Shown: piece by piece, positions 1 through 12,800 of the stretch | How positions within the stretch are numbered: the first letter of the stretch is position 1 | How the letters are laid out: the number at the start of each line of letters is the position of its first letter | Assembly: GCA_000708835.1 (NCBI GenBank) | Contig: DF236999.1 | Span: 124,001-188,000 of the forward strand | DNA from: Klebsormidium nitens | Lineage: Eukaryota; Plantae; Klebsormidiophyceae | Length of the DNA: 64,000 nt | Reading direction: 5' to 3' | The notes under the pieces: generated by a model | Seen by the model: the letters and a program-made list of their open reading frames with translations, nothing else | Databases searched by the model: none | What the model was told of the DNA's origin: nothing | Translations under genes and position numbers: made by a program

Positions 1-22
1 GGCAGCAATACGAGCCGCTTAC

Positions 23-118
23 ACGAGAGAAGGCGGGGAAAAACAGGGCGACCAGGAAGTCCTGGAGGTCGGTGAGGGTCATGTAGTTCTTCCAACTGAA
101 GTCCATGGGCTCCTCCAC
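23..118 (-). CDS. Internal exon of an unidentified gene that continues off the left edge; upstream exon(s) probably lie at about 490-701
   Basis: 96-nt exon with acceptor ctgcag and donor gtaagc, reading VEEPMDFSWKNYMTLTDLQDFLVALFFPAFSR. A second candidate exon (...GVPGVAVGTGYIEDGRL|gtgaga) ends near 487. Family not recognised. Confidence 0.5.
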
Positions 119-1221
119 CTGCAGCAAGCAGCGGGTGAATCAGGCAGGGGATCAGCAACTAGGGGTGGTCCAGTTCTTGCGCGTCGCTTCGGTTTGATAC
201 GATGTATTTTGCGTGCAAGGCAGTCACAACTATCTGATGCTGATAGCCGAAGTTTGGCCGATTATCAGACAACTATGTTGGAGCACCGTGTTGAGGCTTG
301 TGGAAACCGGAGCAGACTGGGAGAAGGGCAAAGGGGAACCTTTTGAGCGGGCTGCCTCCGCGGTCGAAATATTTCTGCAGGCGTCGCTGATCAACTTCGA
401 GGATGGTAATGGAAGAAATAGTAGTCACGCAGACGTATCAATCAGCAAAGGTGTGTTTCTTTTAACCCCGTGTAGAACCCCTTCTCACCAGGCGGCCGTC
501 CTCAATGTAGCCAGTTCCAACGGCGACCCCAGGCACCCCCTCCCGAGTGCCTAAGTCCAACCGACTGCGAGTTTCGGGGAGGCAAAAGGGCGCACTCTCG
601 TCCCGCACTTCGACCCGGCCACCTAAGCGGGGGTCGTCTTTATTTCTGTCGGGAGGCGACAGCCCGAGGCGGTGGGTGAGACGACAGGCAGAAAAGCCCA
701 TAGCCCACCTGAAAGCAGAGCGGCTATTGAGCGGAGGCAGAGCGGTTGTACGTGGAAGCAGATGGCTACCTATTGAGGTGTACGCTACGTTCTGAGGCAG
801 GCGCTAGACAAGGGAAGCAGAGCAAGTGTGAAGTGAAAGGCAAATTTTGAGAATGTGATCTGCATGTCGGAGGTGGAATCTACTGGAAGGAAGCCGGGCA
901 ACCTTGAGTGGGATTAGAACGGGTCACAAGTGGCAGTAGAGCGGAAAGGTAGTCACAGCACTGATCAACCCGAAATCGTCAGTGAGCAATTGTCACTTTG
1001 GTGCCATTTTGCAGTAATTTACTACACAATGTCTGCTGTAAAGAATGACAAGGAGGGAAGATACAAACTGACGTAGAACCGACAGAAAGAGTTCGCGACA
1101 GTGTATACTGCGAAAGTTTCCCCCTCTTCGACTGGCAACTCAAGCCACTTCAGAAGGCAACTCAGAAAAAAATGGGCATAATGTGTGGAGAACGTAGGCG
1201 GCTTTGGGACGGGAGAGCACC

Positions 1222-2973
1222 TTACATCCTCTCGTTGAGCTCAGCTTGACCAACAAAGGTGTAGAGCCGGTTGTAAGCGTCATTATCGGAAACCTGCACG
1301 ACAGCCCCATCACACGAGCGCCTGAGATCCTAAGAACAACAATCTTGTATGGAGATTCGATGCAGGTAGATCAGCAAAGGAAAGTGTCTTTCTATAAACT
1401 GGGCCTTGACCCAAGCGGAGTAGTGTTATAAGCACGAACTTGACAAAATTGACAAAGGATGGCAAAAAAACTTCGTCTAGACAAGATTTGGACCATGAAA
1501 GGTAGGATGACGATAATTGACTCTACAAGACTGTGTGCTAGGACGGTTTGATAACAAGCGACTGATGATCATCTGCATGTCAACTTACCAAGAACACTTT
1601 TCGAATCTCGTGTTTGAGGGTCACAAAGCCCCCCTCCCGGTTTGTCGGGTCTCTGTCAAAGATCTTCTCATGAGGCCCCAAGGGATGAAAGCAAAGGGGC
1701 GTTTGGATGTCAAGGCCAAGATCTGTTCGAAACAAAGGGGCACTTTGTTTAAAACTAGATCTTATCAACATTTTCATTTGTCAATCTAGACGAACGAGTT
1801 TCATCACAATTGGGGCTATCTGGTTCCCTCCGCGTAGACTTACTATATCAGGGCTTCCACGTTCTAAGAAAGAAGGCAACAGGGAAAGCTGGATTTGTAG
1901 GCAAGATGCAAGATGTTACCACAGATAAAGGAGGTGGCAGCGGTCGCTTGAGCCTTGAGCAGAGTGGACTTTGTAGACACAAAGACAAAAGAGGAACTTC
2001 TCACCTAGATCTCCTGACAACCTGCGGGCTTTCTCTAGTGCTGTCACAGCTCCGCACAGCTTGATCGCACTGCGACAACATGAACGTGCAATTATCAGCT
2101 AGGTCCTTTTGACGGGCAAGACTGTGGGCCAGTAAGCAGGTGGTTACAACCTTGCTTTTTTGACCTGGTCAACTAAGAGAGTTGTGCAGCTTCCTTGCAA
2201 CTGAACAGTCCACCATTTATACCACCATCACACGATGATTGGTGTTGCACTGATTAAAACAGGGGGGGTCATTGCATCAATGGGCTTATGATGCTGATGG
2301 TGGTGCGCTTATGACAAGATCCAAATCCGGGTGGACTTGCCTGGCCGGATAGAAGTATTCCTTGTCAAGTCTGAAGCCTTGTCGCTTGAGCTTCATCTGG
2401 CCATCCACCGCCTGGACTTCTGTGAAGAGGACCTGCATTACAGGGCACATTATCAGGGCTACTTCATCTCTGTGGTGATTGCAGAACTTGTACTGAGCTA
2501 TGGAGTACTCAACTAGATAGGCTGTTCCAGAAAGGTGTTAAGCACTTACCTGGAGTCGATGCTCTTGCGCCGCTGCCAGAAGTGCATCAAACTTTGCAGG
2601 CCAAGCTCTGAGTATATCGAGCAGTTCATCCCCATGTTCTGGTACACAAGTGGACATCCTCTAGGTCTGGCCTTTGCAAAAGGGGACTGTTCAAAGCTGC
2701 AAAGGCACTCCAAAAGCAACATCTGACTTTGGATTGTCTGACCAGTCGCCTGGCAGCTCAAGCTTGCAGCATTGCGCATTGCACTCTCACAGCGGTCTCT
2801 ACGTCTTAAGTTTCATGGCACTGACAATGATGTACAATGGTGGAGCTCGTAGAGCTTATGGAGCCGCCTGCTGAGCCTGAGGCCCTCCTTGCAAGCTGTT
2901 CAAGCACCAGCTTTGATTCTTCTTTCGTTTGAACTTCGAACTGATCTGGTCTCAAGTTGAAGAAGGTCACCGG
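1222..2973 (-). CDS. Multi-exon protein of unknown function, divergent from cactin; 5' end unresolved and may extend to about 3225
   Basis: Open exon-like blocks with canonical splice sites: from 2973 (PVTFFNLRPDQFEVQTKEESKLVLEQLARR), to 2550 (HGDELLDILRAWPAKFDALLAAAQEHRLQ|gtaagt), from 2432 (VLFTEVQAVDGQMKLKRQGFRLDKEYFYPARQ), to 1589 (DLGLDIQTPLCFHPLGPHEKIFDRDPTNREGGFVTLKHEIRKVFL|gtaagt), and terminal exon 1329-1222 (DLRRSCDGAVVQVSDNDAYNRLYTFVGQAELNERM*). Phases of the small exons at 1830-2020 could not be resolved. Confidence 0.6.
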
Positions 2974-3334
2974 CTGCAGAGCAGTATTAGCACAGCCAGA
3001 TTTCTAGGTATACGTACTGGGTATTCCCTGGCACCGCCGGCGGGTACCCGGTTATGGCTTTGAACTTTGCCCAGCGTCTGATGACTTGAGATGGTTATCT
3101 AGCCTTCGATCAATTGAATTCTCTTCATCCAAGGGCTTTTAAAGCCCGATGGGACGTAAGGCTGACCCAATATAAATAGAGGTTCGAACAATATACTAAC
3201 AGTAATAGGTAATATTGTCTACCTAGCTTCATCGAGGCCTCCCGTAAATTTATAATGCCTGGCAATAGAAAAGCATGCACCGACCAGCTATCATTGGCAG
3301 AAGAAGCAGTGAAGCACTCACAGGTAGGAGCGCC

Positions 3335-6300
3335 ATGGCGAGAGACGACGAAGGCCGTCGGGACAGGAGTAGGAGGGAATACGAGAGCGATGGAGAGGAA
3401 GACACTCGTGCCGTGTCGAGGAAAGACCGGAGTTCAAAAAGAGACAGGAGCGAACGCCGGACCGATCAGGATAAGAGTAGAGAGCAAGGGCGCAGGAAAG
3501 ATGAGGGCAGGAGGGAGAGGGCGGCAAGCAGCGATGATGAGAGGGAAAGGGGCAGGCGGAAGACCAAGGGCAGCAGCCAACGGAAGCGGAGTGGGGGTTC
3601 GAGAAGGCGCTCCGATGATGAGTCAGAGGCAACTACAGAAGACGAATCCAATGATAGTGAGAGGGACCAGAGGAGGAGGCCAAAGAGTAGTAAAAGAAGG
3701 AAAAGGAGGCGGGAAGAAGAAAGCAGTGACGATAGCGAAGAAGAGAGAAAGGCGCGGCGTGCTCGAAAGAGGAGGGATAGAGAAAGTGAAGAGGAATCTG
3801 AAGATAGTGAAGGAGGCGGGGGAAGAAGGAAGGTCACGCAGGAGGAAATAGAGGTGTATCTGAAAAAGAAAGCTGAGAAGAAGGTGAGCAAACACACCTC
3901 ACCATCTCATTCTGATAGCGAAGCCGGATGGACGTTCCATTGGTGTGGAATGGCTCTGAAACTGCAATTCGAGTCCTGTTGCCAGGTACTGTGTTGAGTA
4001 TGGTGGTCGAACTGCTACATTCCTAAAGTTTAATGGTTGTTGCAGGCTAAGAAGTTGGCTGCAAAGATGAAGACATCGACCGTGGCAGGCTACACGGATG
4101 AAAGCAATCCTTTTGGTGACGCCAATCTCACGGAAAGGTAAGCTTAACTGGGTCTGCCCAAATGAAAGTTATCAGGAGAGCAGGCAGTGGTGTAATTCCT
4201 TGGCAGTGCAATTGGAAGCATCCACTATAGATTATCCTGATTTTGTTATTGCCCAGTCTTTCCTCTTTGCGTCGGGTAGAGGTCAGCCCTTGGTGGGCAC
4301 TGAGCCTCTGACGGTGGTGTTTCAGGTTTGTCTGGCGGAAGAAGATCGAGAAGCACATTGCTGCGGGAGAGGATCCAAAGGACTTGTTATCAGTAAAAGC
4401 CGAGAAGAGGAGGATTGCAGAACGCATGGTAAGCTCAGCTCTCTGCTGTTGTGCTCTTTCACTTCAATCGTATACACTCGATTATTAGCCATGGATTATT
4501 GTGCTCTCGCGTCAATATTGGCTTCTGGTGACTGGAACTTCTTGTTAGCCAGTCTGTTGTGCTTCTTTGCAAACAATCATTTCTCGGCCTTGTTTCGCAT
4601 TTACTGTGCTTCTGTTGAAAATCTATTGCAAAAAGCACAAGAAGAGAGCTCCGCAGATGCTGCTTGCACCTCCCTTGCCAGTGCTACCAAACGTTGTGTC
4701 CTCACTGCCCTTTCTCCGTCCATTTTGCTGCAGGCCGAAATTGAGAAGGTGAAGAAACGGCGCGAGGAGCGTGAGAAGGAAAAGGCACAGCGCGAGGAAG
4801 AGCAGGTAACTGTGTCTCCGCTCAAACAATTGGCAAACTGTAGCAAGGGACAATTATGCCGGAACCGAGTCGAGTCGGTTCCGAGTGTGCTGGAGATTGG
4901 TTGGTCAATCGTTTGTCAGTCAAGGTGGAGAAACTTTGTATGCGAGACGCTTTCCCCTTGATGATTGGGCTCACTATCTTCTGCTGTGAGCATGACCATC
5001 TTTTGATGTACCACTGCAGGCCCTGCTCGCGAGGGAACGAGCCCGAGCAGAGTTTGACGACTTCGAAAAGAAGGAAGAAGAGGTAAGAACGGCACACTTG
5101 CTTTATCAGAAGTAGACTCCGCTTGAGAGAGGCAAAGCTTGATTGACGAATTCACGATTGGTCCTGCTGCCTCTTCCACGAGTCAAGACGCAACCTCGCC
5201 AGTCTGGTTTGTGACGCTCGACAAAGGTTGTCAAAACGTCCTCTTGAAGATACTTCCCGTCATTCTTGACTCCGGCCGTTTGCAGTTCCAATTTGAGATG
5301 TCCAAGGCGCGTGCGGAGATTCGCCTGCGGGAGGGCCGCGCCAAGCCCATCGACATCCTGGCCAAGAACCTGAAGCTCTCCGACGACTTCGACGTCGAAA
5401 TCGACGAGCCCTATACCGTGTTCCAGGGCCTCGCCGTCTCCGACATGGAAGAGTTGCAGAAGGAGATCCGCATGTACCAGGAACTAGATAGAGACCCTGT
5501 CCTGCACGCGGACTTCTGGGACGCAATGATGGTGATCTGTGAGTATGAGATAGCCGAAGGGAAGAGGCGGGACGCCTTGGAGTTGGCAAGGGTGAGAGGG
5601 GAGGACCCGCCTCCCGAGTATGCAATCGAGGATGCGGGGCTACATGCGTCGGTGGATGCGGACGTGAAGTCGATGCTGACGGGCAAAAACCACGAGGAGC
5701 TGGCCAAGATGGAGGCGCAGATTCAGGAGAAGATGGCGCAGGGTACCGCCAAGGTAAACACTCTTCCCAACCTGGTCCTATTCATTTCCGCGAACCACTG
5801 TTTCCGATACAACCATCTGCCGCTTTTGTTGACAGCAACTTTCAATAGACACTTTTCAGACGCTTCCCTTGTTCAGGCCCAGCCGTGCTACCATCTGTCA
5901 TAGCTCCTCCCGTCCATCCACCCTTTGCAATCTCATCGCTTTGCTCTTTCGAATGCGGATTGCATTGTTCGCCAATAGATCATCATCTCCCACACCTCCG
6001 TTGTCGGCGCTCATCACATACGCATCCCCACCAAATGGTGCAGGTGGTGGAGTACTGGGAGGCCGTGCTGAAGCGGCTCAAGGTGTTCAAGGCCCAGGCG
6101 CGCCTGCGCCACATCCACGCGCAGCTCCTCAAGGAGCACCTCGCGCGCCTCCAGGCGCCCACCCGCGAGGAGCGCGAGGGCGCGCGCGCTGTGCTGGCAG
6201 GCACCGCTCCCCCGGTAGAAAGGGAGGAGACCCCCGAGGACGATATCTACAGGGAGGACCCCGTGTCATACTCCCCGGAACCCGAGCCGGAAGCAGAGCA

Positions 6301-8310
6301 AACGGAGGGAGCGCAAGCGGCGAAGGAACCGCCGCCGGCGGAGGAGCTGATTGAATACGATGGGGCGCTGTCGCCGGAGCCGTACCGGCCGGGGGCGGAT
6401 GAGGTGGTGGTGGACGCAGAAGCGGACCAGCTGGAGCAGGTAAGTGGGTGTGATTGGCCTGGAAACGAGCGGGTTTGAGGGCTGGTGGTTGTGTGTCGTG
6501 TCAGGGCAAGCGCACAGGGCCACAGAAAGAGATCTCTGACAGATTGCAGTCTTGAAAGAAAGTCTTCACTCGGCGTGCGCCCTTGAACGCGTCAGAATTT
6601 CAACCGGTCCGGCAAGGTTGATGTTAATGTTGATCTGCCATTTGAGTTGGAGGGGGCGGTCGAACTGAGATTCCTTTGCAAGCCGAAGCCGCCACGTCTT
6701 GAACGGGTTTCGGAAGGTGCTCCGGCAGAGAGTCTGCCTGCATTTCTGACCTGTCCGTTTTGCTCGTGTTAAACGGCCGGGAGTGCTAGCGAAGCAGATT
6801 GCAATAGTTTTGCAAGCACCCTTCCTGTCATTCGGACCACCGAGCGCCTAGCATTCTTCATTTGCAAGCAGAGACTTGTGCACTTTCGGACCACTATTGT
6901 AGGCGCTTTCAAGCGCTCTCGCCCTGCGAGTCCATGATTGGGCTTTAAAGGTACAGTTGCTACATCTCCTGTCCGTTCGATTCCAGCCCGCCGTGAGTGA
7001 AGCTGAAGGCTCTTTAACACACTCAGCGTCAATCAAGGTCTCAGACACGAATACTGACGTCACCCCTGTACGCCTCTCCCAGGACCGCAAGCGGCTGATC
7101 GTTCTGCAGCGCGAGCGGCGGAAGGCTCAGGCGGCGAACGCGGCGCCCAGCCAACAGGACGACGACGAGCGCACCCTTACTGCGGAGGAGAGGGCGCTGG
7201 CCAACCGGGCAATGGGGGCCGACCCGGGGGACGTCGCGTTCGGGGGAGAGGTCAACCTGGAGTCGCAGGTGAGGCGTGACTCTTGGCGACACCCAGCAAA
7301 CAGCACCCATTTTGTCCTTTTCAATGTTGTCAGAAGATTTTTGAGAAACGAATATGGGACACTTTCTCCTCGACTTTTGAGAATCGGAATTTTCGTCCTG
7401 AGTCAGTGGAGGGAGACAAACGGGTCCACTTGCAGAGGGCGTTCTTCGTGGAGATTTTGATGTCCAAGGAAGATGAAGCGGACACTTTTTCTTCCTAACA
7501 TAAGTACTTGGAGCTCGATTCATTTGATTCATTTGAGTTCATTCTTGAGCCCAATTCCAGGAACCAATCCCTACGCTGCTGACGCAGGTTTACTGGTGGC
7601 ACGACAAGTACCGGCCGCGCAAGCCCAAGTACTTCAACCGGGTGCACACGGGGTACGAGTGGAACAAGTACAACCAGACGCACTACGACCACGACAACCC
7701 GCCCCCCAAGGTGGTGCAGGGCTACAAGTTCAACATCTTCTACCCGGACCTTATCGACAAGACCAAGGCGCCCTCCTTTGTCATCGAGGAAGACCCCACC
7801 AGCAAGAACGGCGAGACGTGCATGCTGCGCTTCCACGCTGGGCCGCCCTACGAGGTACGTACCGTGTTATTCCAAGCTAACTTAGAACGAGAATCTGTTC
7901 GGCACTGCTTTTGCTTACCGGGGTGGTGCGAAAGGCAATGGCAGTCAACTGCAAAACCTGTTCGGATCTTAGTGGCCGACTTCCGGTTCTGTCTCCTGCT
8001 CCTCTACTTGGTTTGTTTTACTCTGAAGCGATGTTGGTAGACTCAAAGTGCCTGTCAAACTATTTTGCCTGCTCAACAAGTGCGTGCTTTTAGGCCTCTC
8101 TCCATGAGTTCCTTGACTCTAGAACAGCGTTTGCGCCATGGTCAGAACCGCAGGGTAATGATTCTTCATGGTTCACGGTTGCAGGATATTGCCTTCCGCA
8201 TCGTCAACAAAGAATGGGAGTACTCGCACAAGAAGGGCTTCAAGTCTATCTTCGAGCGGGGTATTTTGCACCTGTACTTCAACTTTATTCGACACAGGTA
8301 TCGTCGTTGA
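3335..8310 (+). CDS. CACTIN: Cactin (spliceosome-associated protein), about 10 exons
   Basis: RS/acidic N-terminus from ATG 3335; mid-domain motifs GYTDESNPFGDANLTE, EIRLREGRAKPID and VVEYWEAVLKRL; C-terminal cactin domain KPKYFNRVHTGYEWNKYNQTHYDHDNPPPKVVQGYKFNIFYPDLIDK...FHAGPPYE|DIAFRIVNKEWEYSHKKGFKSIFERGILHLYFNFIRHRYRR*. Confidence 0.96.
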
Positions 8311-9814
8311 GTTTGATGTAGCCACTCGTTTGCCCATTCTTGACGGCAAGCTTTATGACTTAGAAAAGATGTCCCGGGTACTGCAAAGTCCTCAAGCAAT
8401 CCTGTACCGTGCAAAGGTGGTCATAAATATTCACTCATCAAACATTGCATGACGCATCTTGAAAGTGCTCCGACAACGCTTGAGCTCCATCCTACAAGAG
8501 CATGCAAGGTCAAACTTGGTGGCCCACAATGCATGATATTGGCAGCGCTTGGTAGTGCTCATGTACAAGCACTTAGCCTGACTGCGCTGCTGACTGAGGC
8601 GCGTTGCCTATGATAGCGCAGCAATCGAGATGCCTTCTCCTCACTGAGTCTGGCTCTCGTGAGTCACTGGCGCGGCGCGCTGTCCACAGTTTTAACTGAG
8701 GATGCTATCGAACGTACACTACCGTACTACTATAGGTTCTAGGTCACTTGAGTCTAGAGCCTGTTAGGAAACCTATAGGTAGACATAGTAATCGCACATG
8801 CATGATACTTTTTGGCTTATTGTATGATACAAATTTGTATATCATGCATCCTCGATTGATTGGATGATGTGTGAATGAACCAAAATGATACCACCGGGCA
8901 TCTTTTGTCCCTTTTAATGGCCCCCATTTACATATCTGGGATCAACGAAAAGAGTTTATTTACACTAGAATAAGGACCAACGTAGTAAAGATCGTCGTCT
9001 GCAGGAGGTCTCCTGTCAATATATGATCTAGCATATTGGTCATATTGGTCAGTTCTTATGCTTTAAAAAGGCTAGCTTTCGACAACAAAGATACGTAACT
9101 TAGGCACAAACCGGCTTTAAAAAGACGTAAGAATTTAAGAAACACGGGAACTTACCAGAAAACTTTACTTCAATCTCTGTTAACGGAACTGGGTTATATC
9201 AAGCAACCTAGCAACTCCAAGACCTCGTCGACTGAATGATACATCATGCATGTCATGCCGCCCCTCTGATAGAACAATGCTATCATACACAAATCGGTTT
9301 CTATGCCTATATAGAGTCTAGATTCTGACTCCAGTTTGGCGCATGCATGTTACTGGTCAGGAAATCAGATCTTTTAGATTCTGTTCAGTTTTGGGATGGT
9401 CACAAGCCTTCGATCTTTCGATTGTAGTAGATCCTACGGTGCAATGTTGTCCATAAGACTCGTAAAATGGCCACATTCGCACGAATGTGTTGCCAACTTG
9501 CCACGCGTCCCAATCGCTGAGCTCCGAGTGTCGAAAGGGGCCGTTCGGAATCTTGGAAGAGGGTCATATGGGGGATCCCTATGCCTAGGATATGTCTGGT
9601 CTCGCAACCTTCCATGCAGTTGAACCTTCCTCATCCACGTCCAGACCCAATACCTCCTGTGGGGCTTACAGTCTACTGGAAGGAGAGTTATCTCCACTAG
9701 TTCCCAATGCGCAGCAGTCAAGCAGCACAGAACGCCCAGCAGATGCAGACACTGCGGGAGCTGCGGTGAAGCCCGTCCCGCGCCGCCCCAGCGGCTTGCC
9801 TGCGGACACTCGGC

Positions 9815-12800
9815 ATGGCAAATGCCGTTGGTGGCGCGTTTGCTGGGGCTTTTGGATCTGTAGCCATACCCCTGCAAGCCTTACAAAGTTTTGTCCAAGT
9901 GTACAACGACATATGCGTTGCGCGAAAAGCAATGACCTTCAATGAGGAGCGCGGGGAACAACTGAAGAACCGGGTCCGGTTCGTGTCGCACCAGCTGCAG
10001 AGGAAGTATCAGATTCTGGAAGCAGACATACAGGCGGGGAGGTTGAGGGGGCAAGATGCCGAACTATTCGCGTAAGTCTGCTCTTGTATCTGACGAAGCG
10101 AGTGTGCTGCAAAAGGTTCAACCATGAAAGAAGAATCGGCACTTGCTTGACTTGTTTGCCTGCCTCCCAACATGGTGCTAAGCATCCCAGATTGAGGAAG
10201 CTGTGATATGTGAGCACTGGAATTTCCTTACCGTTGCTAGTTGCAGATTGAGACTGATAGCCCCCAGTCAAGGAACCACATTGGGACCAACATACTAATC
10301 TGCATCATTAAAATCTGTGCTTTGAGGAAGCATCTGTCTCGTCAAAGAAAATGTAGTGAGAAGTTGGGCAAGCAGATATAACTCCTTATCTTCCAGGAGC
10401 TGCATTCATGCAAAAAGAAGGTTCTGCATGATTTGCAAAGGCTCATTGAAGCTTGGAATAACATCCAGCTTGGTCGCGATTCTGTACTTCTTGGACAACA
10501 CTGCTTTTGCATACCGTATTTTGGACTTGCTGTCTAGAGCTAGAACTGCAGTTTGCGGCTTGAACATTGTCCTTTCAAGAGTCTTGGTGCTAGTTTGCAG
10601 CCAATTTACCTGGCCTACTGAGCTTTGCCTACTCCAGTCTTTCAAAGAAGCTGCTTTTTAAAGCAGTACTTTTTGAATGCGTCATAAAAGCAGCCAGCTG
10701 ACTTCCCTCATACACAAAGTCATGGAAAGAATGGGTGTCCGAGGGTTTTCCAGTTGAAAATGAGAAATGGTCTAGGTAGACCAAGGCAGATGCGTCTTTC
10801 TACTGGGAATCTCAAGCTCATGGTCAGGGGATCCCCCATGATAAGTGTCCGTCTGCTCCTGTTCCACTTGCAGCTAATACTTGCATGCATAATGTATGGT
10901 ATCACGACAAGAACTTTATACGCAAGCATGCCAGAACATTGGCAAATTACAACAAATTCGGGCTCCTCAAGCTGCTCCTCAAGTGACTGCAACGAGTGTT
11001 TCCATCTTCCCCCACACTTCGGGTGTTCCCCTGAAACTTGCCCAACCTACATGCTTAGCCTTCAACTAGATTGCTGAGCATCTCAAAACCTGTTTCTGTG
11101 TGCAGTGAGCGCGTGATGGCCTTCCGCGCGGTGCTTGTGCAGGCGCTGACAATCATCACCCGCTGCAAGGGCAACAAGCTTTACCGCTCTGCCAATGCCA
11201 AGTCGATCAAGGAGGACATTGTCAGCATCAACGTGCAAATCACGTAAGTTCTTGGAACAATGGAGAGACTGTTGTCCAGTTGCAAGGTATTTCAAAGGAT
11301 TTGATATAGGTGCTCGTCACATGTTTTTCCTCAATGTTCGTGACAATATAATCTTCACACCAAAGAGTGCTTGGGGCTAAGGGACTGTCATTGGCTCTCA
11401 TTCTGCCATTGGCTCTCATTCTCCTGAGCAGAGGAGAAGGTTACAAAAGAGATAATCCGAAACATTCTGAGGCACACCTGTCTTCACAACTGCGCCGCTG
11501 TCTCTGCTATTGGTTCAGTACGCTCTCAACGGCCAGACACGCTGCCTTCTTCTACCTTGCAGCGATTGCATCAACGACATGCACCTCCCCTCCATCTCAT
11601 TCAGCTCATCTTCCACCAGCTCCAACGAAAGCGAAATCCTGGAACGAACTCTGAGCAATGCACTTGAGGATTCCCCAAGTTCGAGCGGCATTTCCGACGA
11701 AGGCAGCTCCAGCGCACCCGGACCGTCCGCGAAAGAGATCGAGAATCTCAAGGGCTACGCCACAAGACAACTCCAACTGCTGGGGCTGTTCACGAATCAG
11801 GAGATCATGGCGTTCACTGAGTACGTGCAGGTAAGGCAGCCTCTCGTTTCCGTGCTCGAACCTTGTGGATCCGTTCTCTCGCCTATAGCTTCGGTGTGGC
11901 TCAGGACTTTGCTCTCTGGGCTGTCGTTCCGTTCTCCGGCTTGTGCTTCCGATTCTTTGAAGCATGTTTTTTCTTCCTCTGACCTATGGTTCCGTTCTCA
12001 AGCCTTGTATTCCGTTCTCTGGCCCAAGACTTCGTTCTCTAGCATACGCTTTGTTCTCTAGCCCCATCATCCGAGTTCTATGACCCTTGATCCCCATCCG
12101 CTGGCCCGTGATTCCTATTCCTGATTCCCAAGCCTCTACTGACTGAACAACAACCCCCTCGCTTCGTTTCGTTCTTCCCTCGTTTCCCCATTGCACCACC
12201 TAACCAAAGGATTTGCGGTCAGACACGGTTCGACCCTTCGTCCGCCTGGTTGACCTCTGCACCAACAGAATCCCAACCCTGAGTCCGAAGCTGAGCTGCC
12301 TCGCACAAGATTTCGCCAGTTTCACCGTTGACGAGTGGCCTGACTCTGCATGGATGAGAGTCTTTCTCTATTGAGAGTTGTCCTTAGCTCATGCTTAAAC
12401 CTCTTTTGTTTCGGCGGCTGTCGTAAGACTTTCCTGACAGACGAGAAGCGTGCCCACTAACGAAAGGATCGGTCGCTGATCATCGGTTTTGCGCCTCACG
12501 CAGGCCGTGGTTCGCGGATACGGCATGACCTGCCTCCACAACAAAATGGCAACCGACCTGCCGTTCGCAACCCTTCGCAGCCCGGGGCCCGTCTTTTGCC
12601 CCGCGACTCTCCCGCCCCGTCTCAACCCCGCGCACCGCTCCCCGGTGTCCGCCCTCGCCGTCCGGATCGACACCGGAGACGTCTTTAGCGGACACCGGAA
12701 CGGCGTCGTCTGCATGTGGATGAACGGCGTCTGCGCGGCCGTCTTCGGGGCGCAGTCCGCCGTTCCGGTCACCGCGCTCCTGGTCATGCCGGACGGAACG

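Noticed and set aside
2543-2553. U1 snRNA-like ACTTACCTGG
   Set aside because: It is the reverse complement of a CAG|GTAAGT donor of the minus-strand gene; the rest of U1 is absent.
3255-3897. Overlapping alternative-frame and antisense ORFs over cactin exon 1
   Set aside because: They are shadows of purine-rich low-complexity RS-domain coding sequence.
10072-11105. Hidden NB-ARC/NACHT exons inside intron 1 of the 4HB-WD40 gene
   Set aside because: The short ORFs there carry no P-loop or kinase motifs, and exon 1 joins exon 2 in frame without them.
12205-12250. GGTTCGACCC tRNA T-loop-like motif
   Set aside because: The flanks do not form a T-stem or acceptor stem, and there is no cloverleaf.
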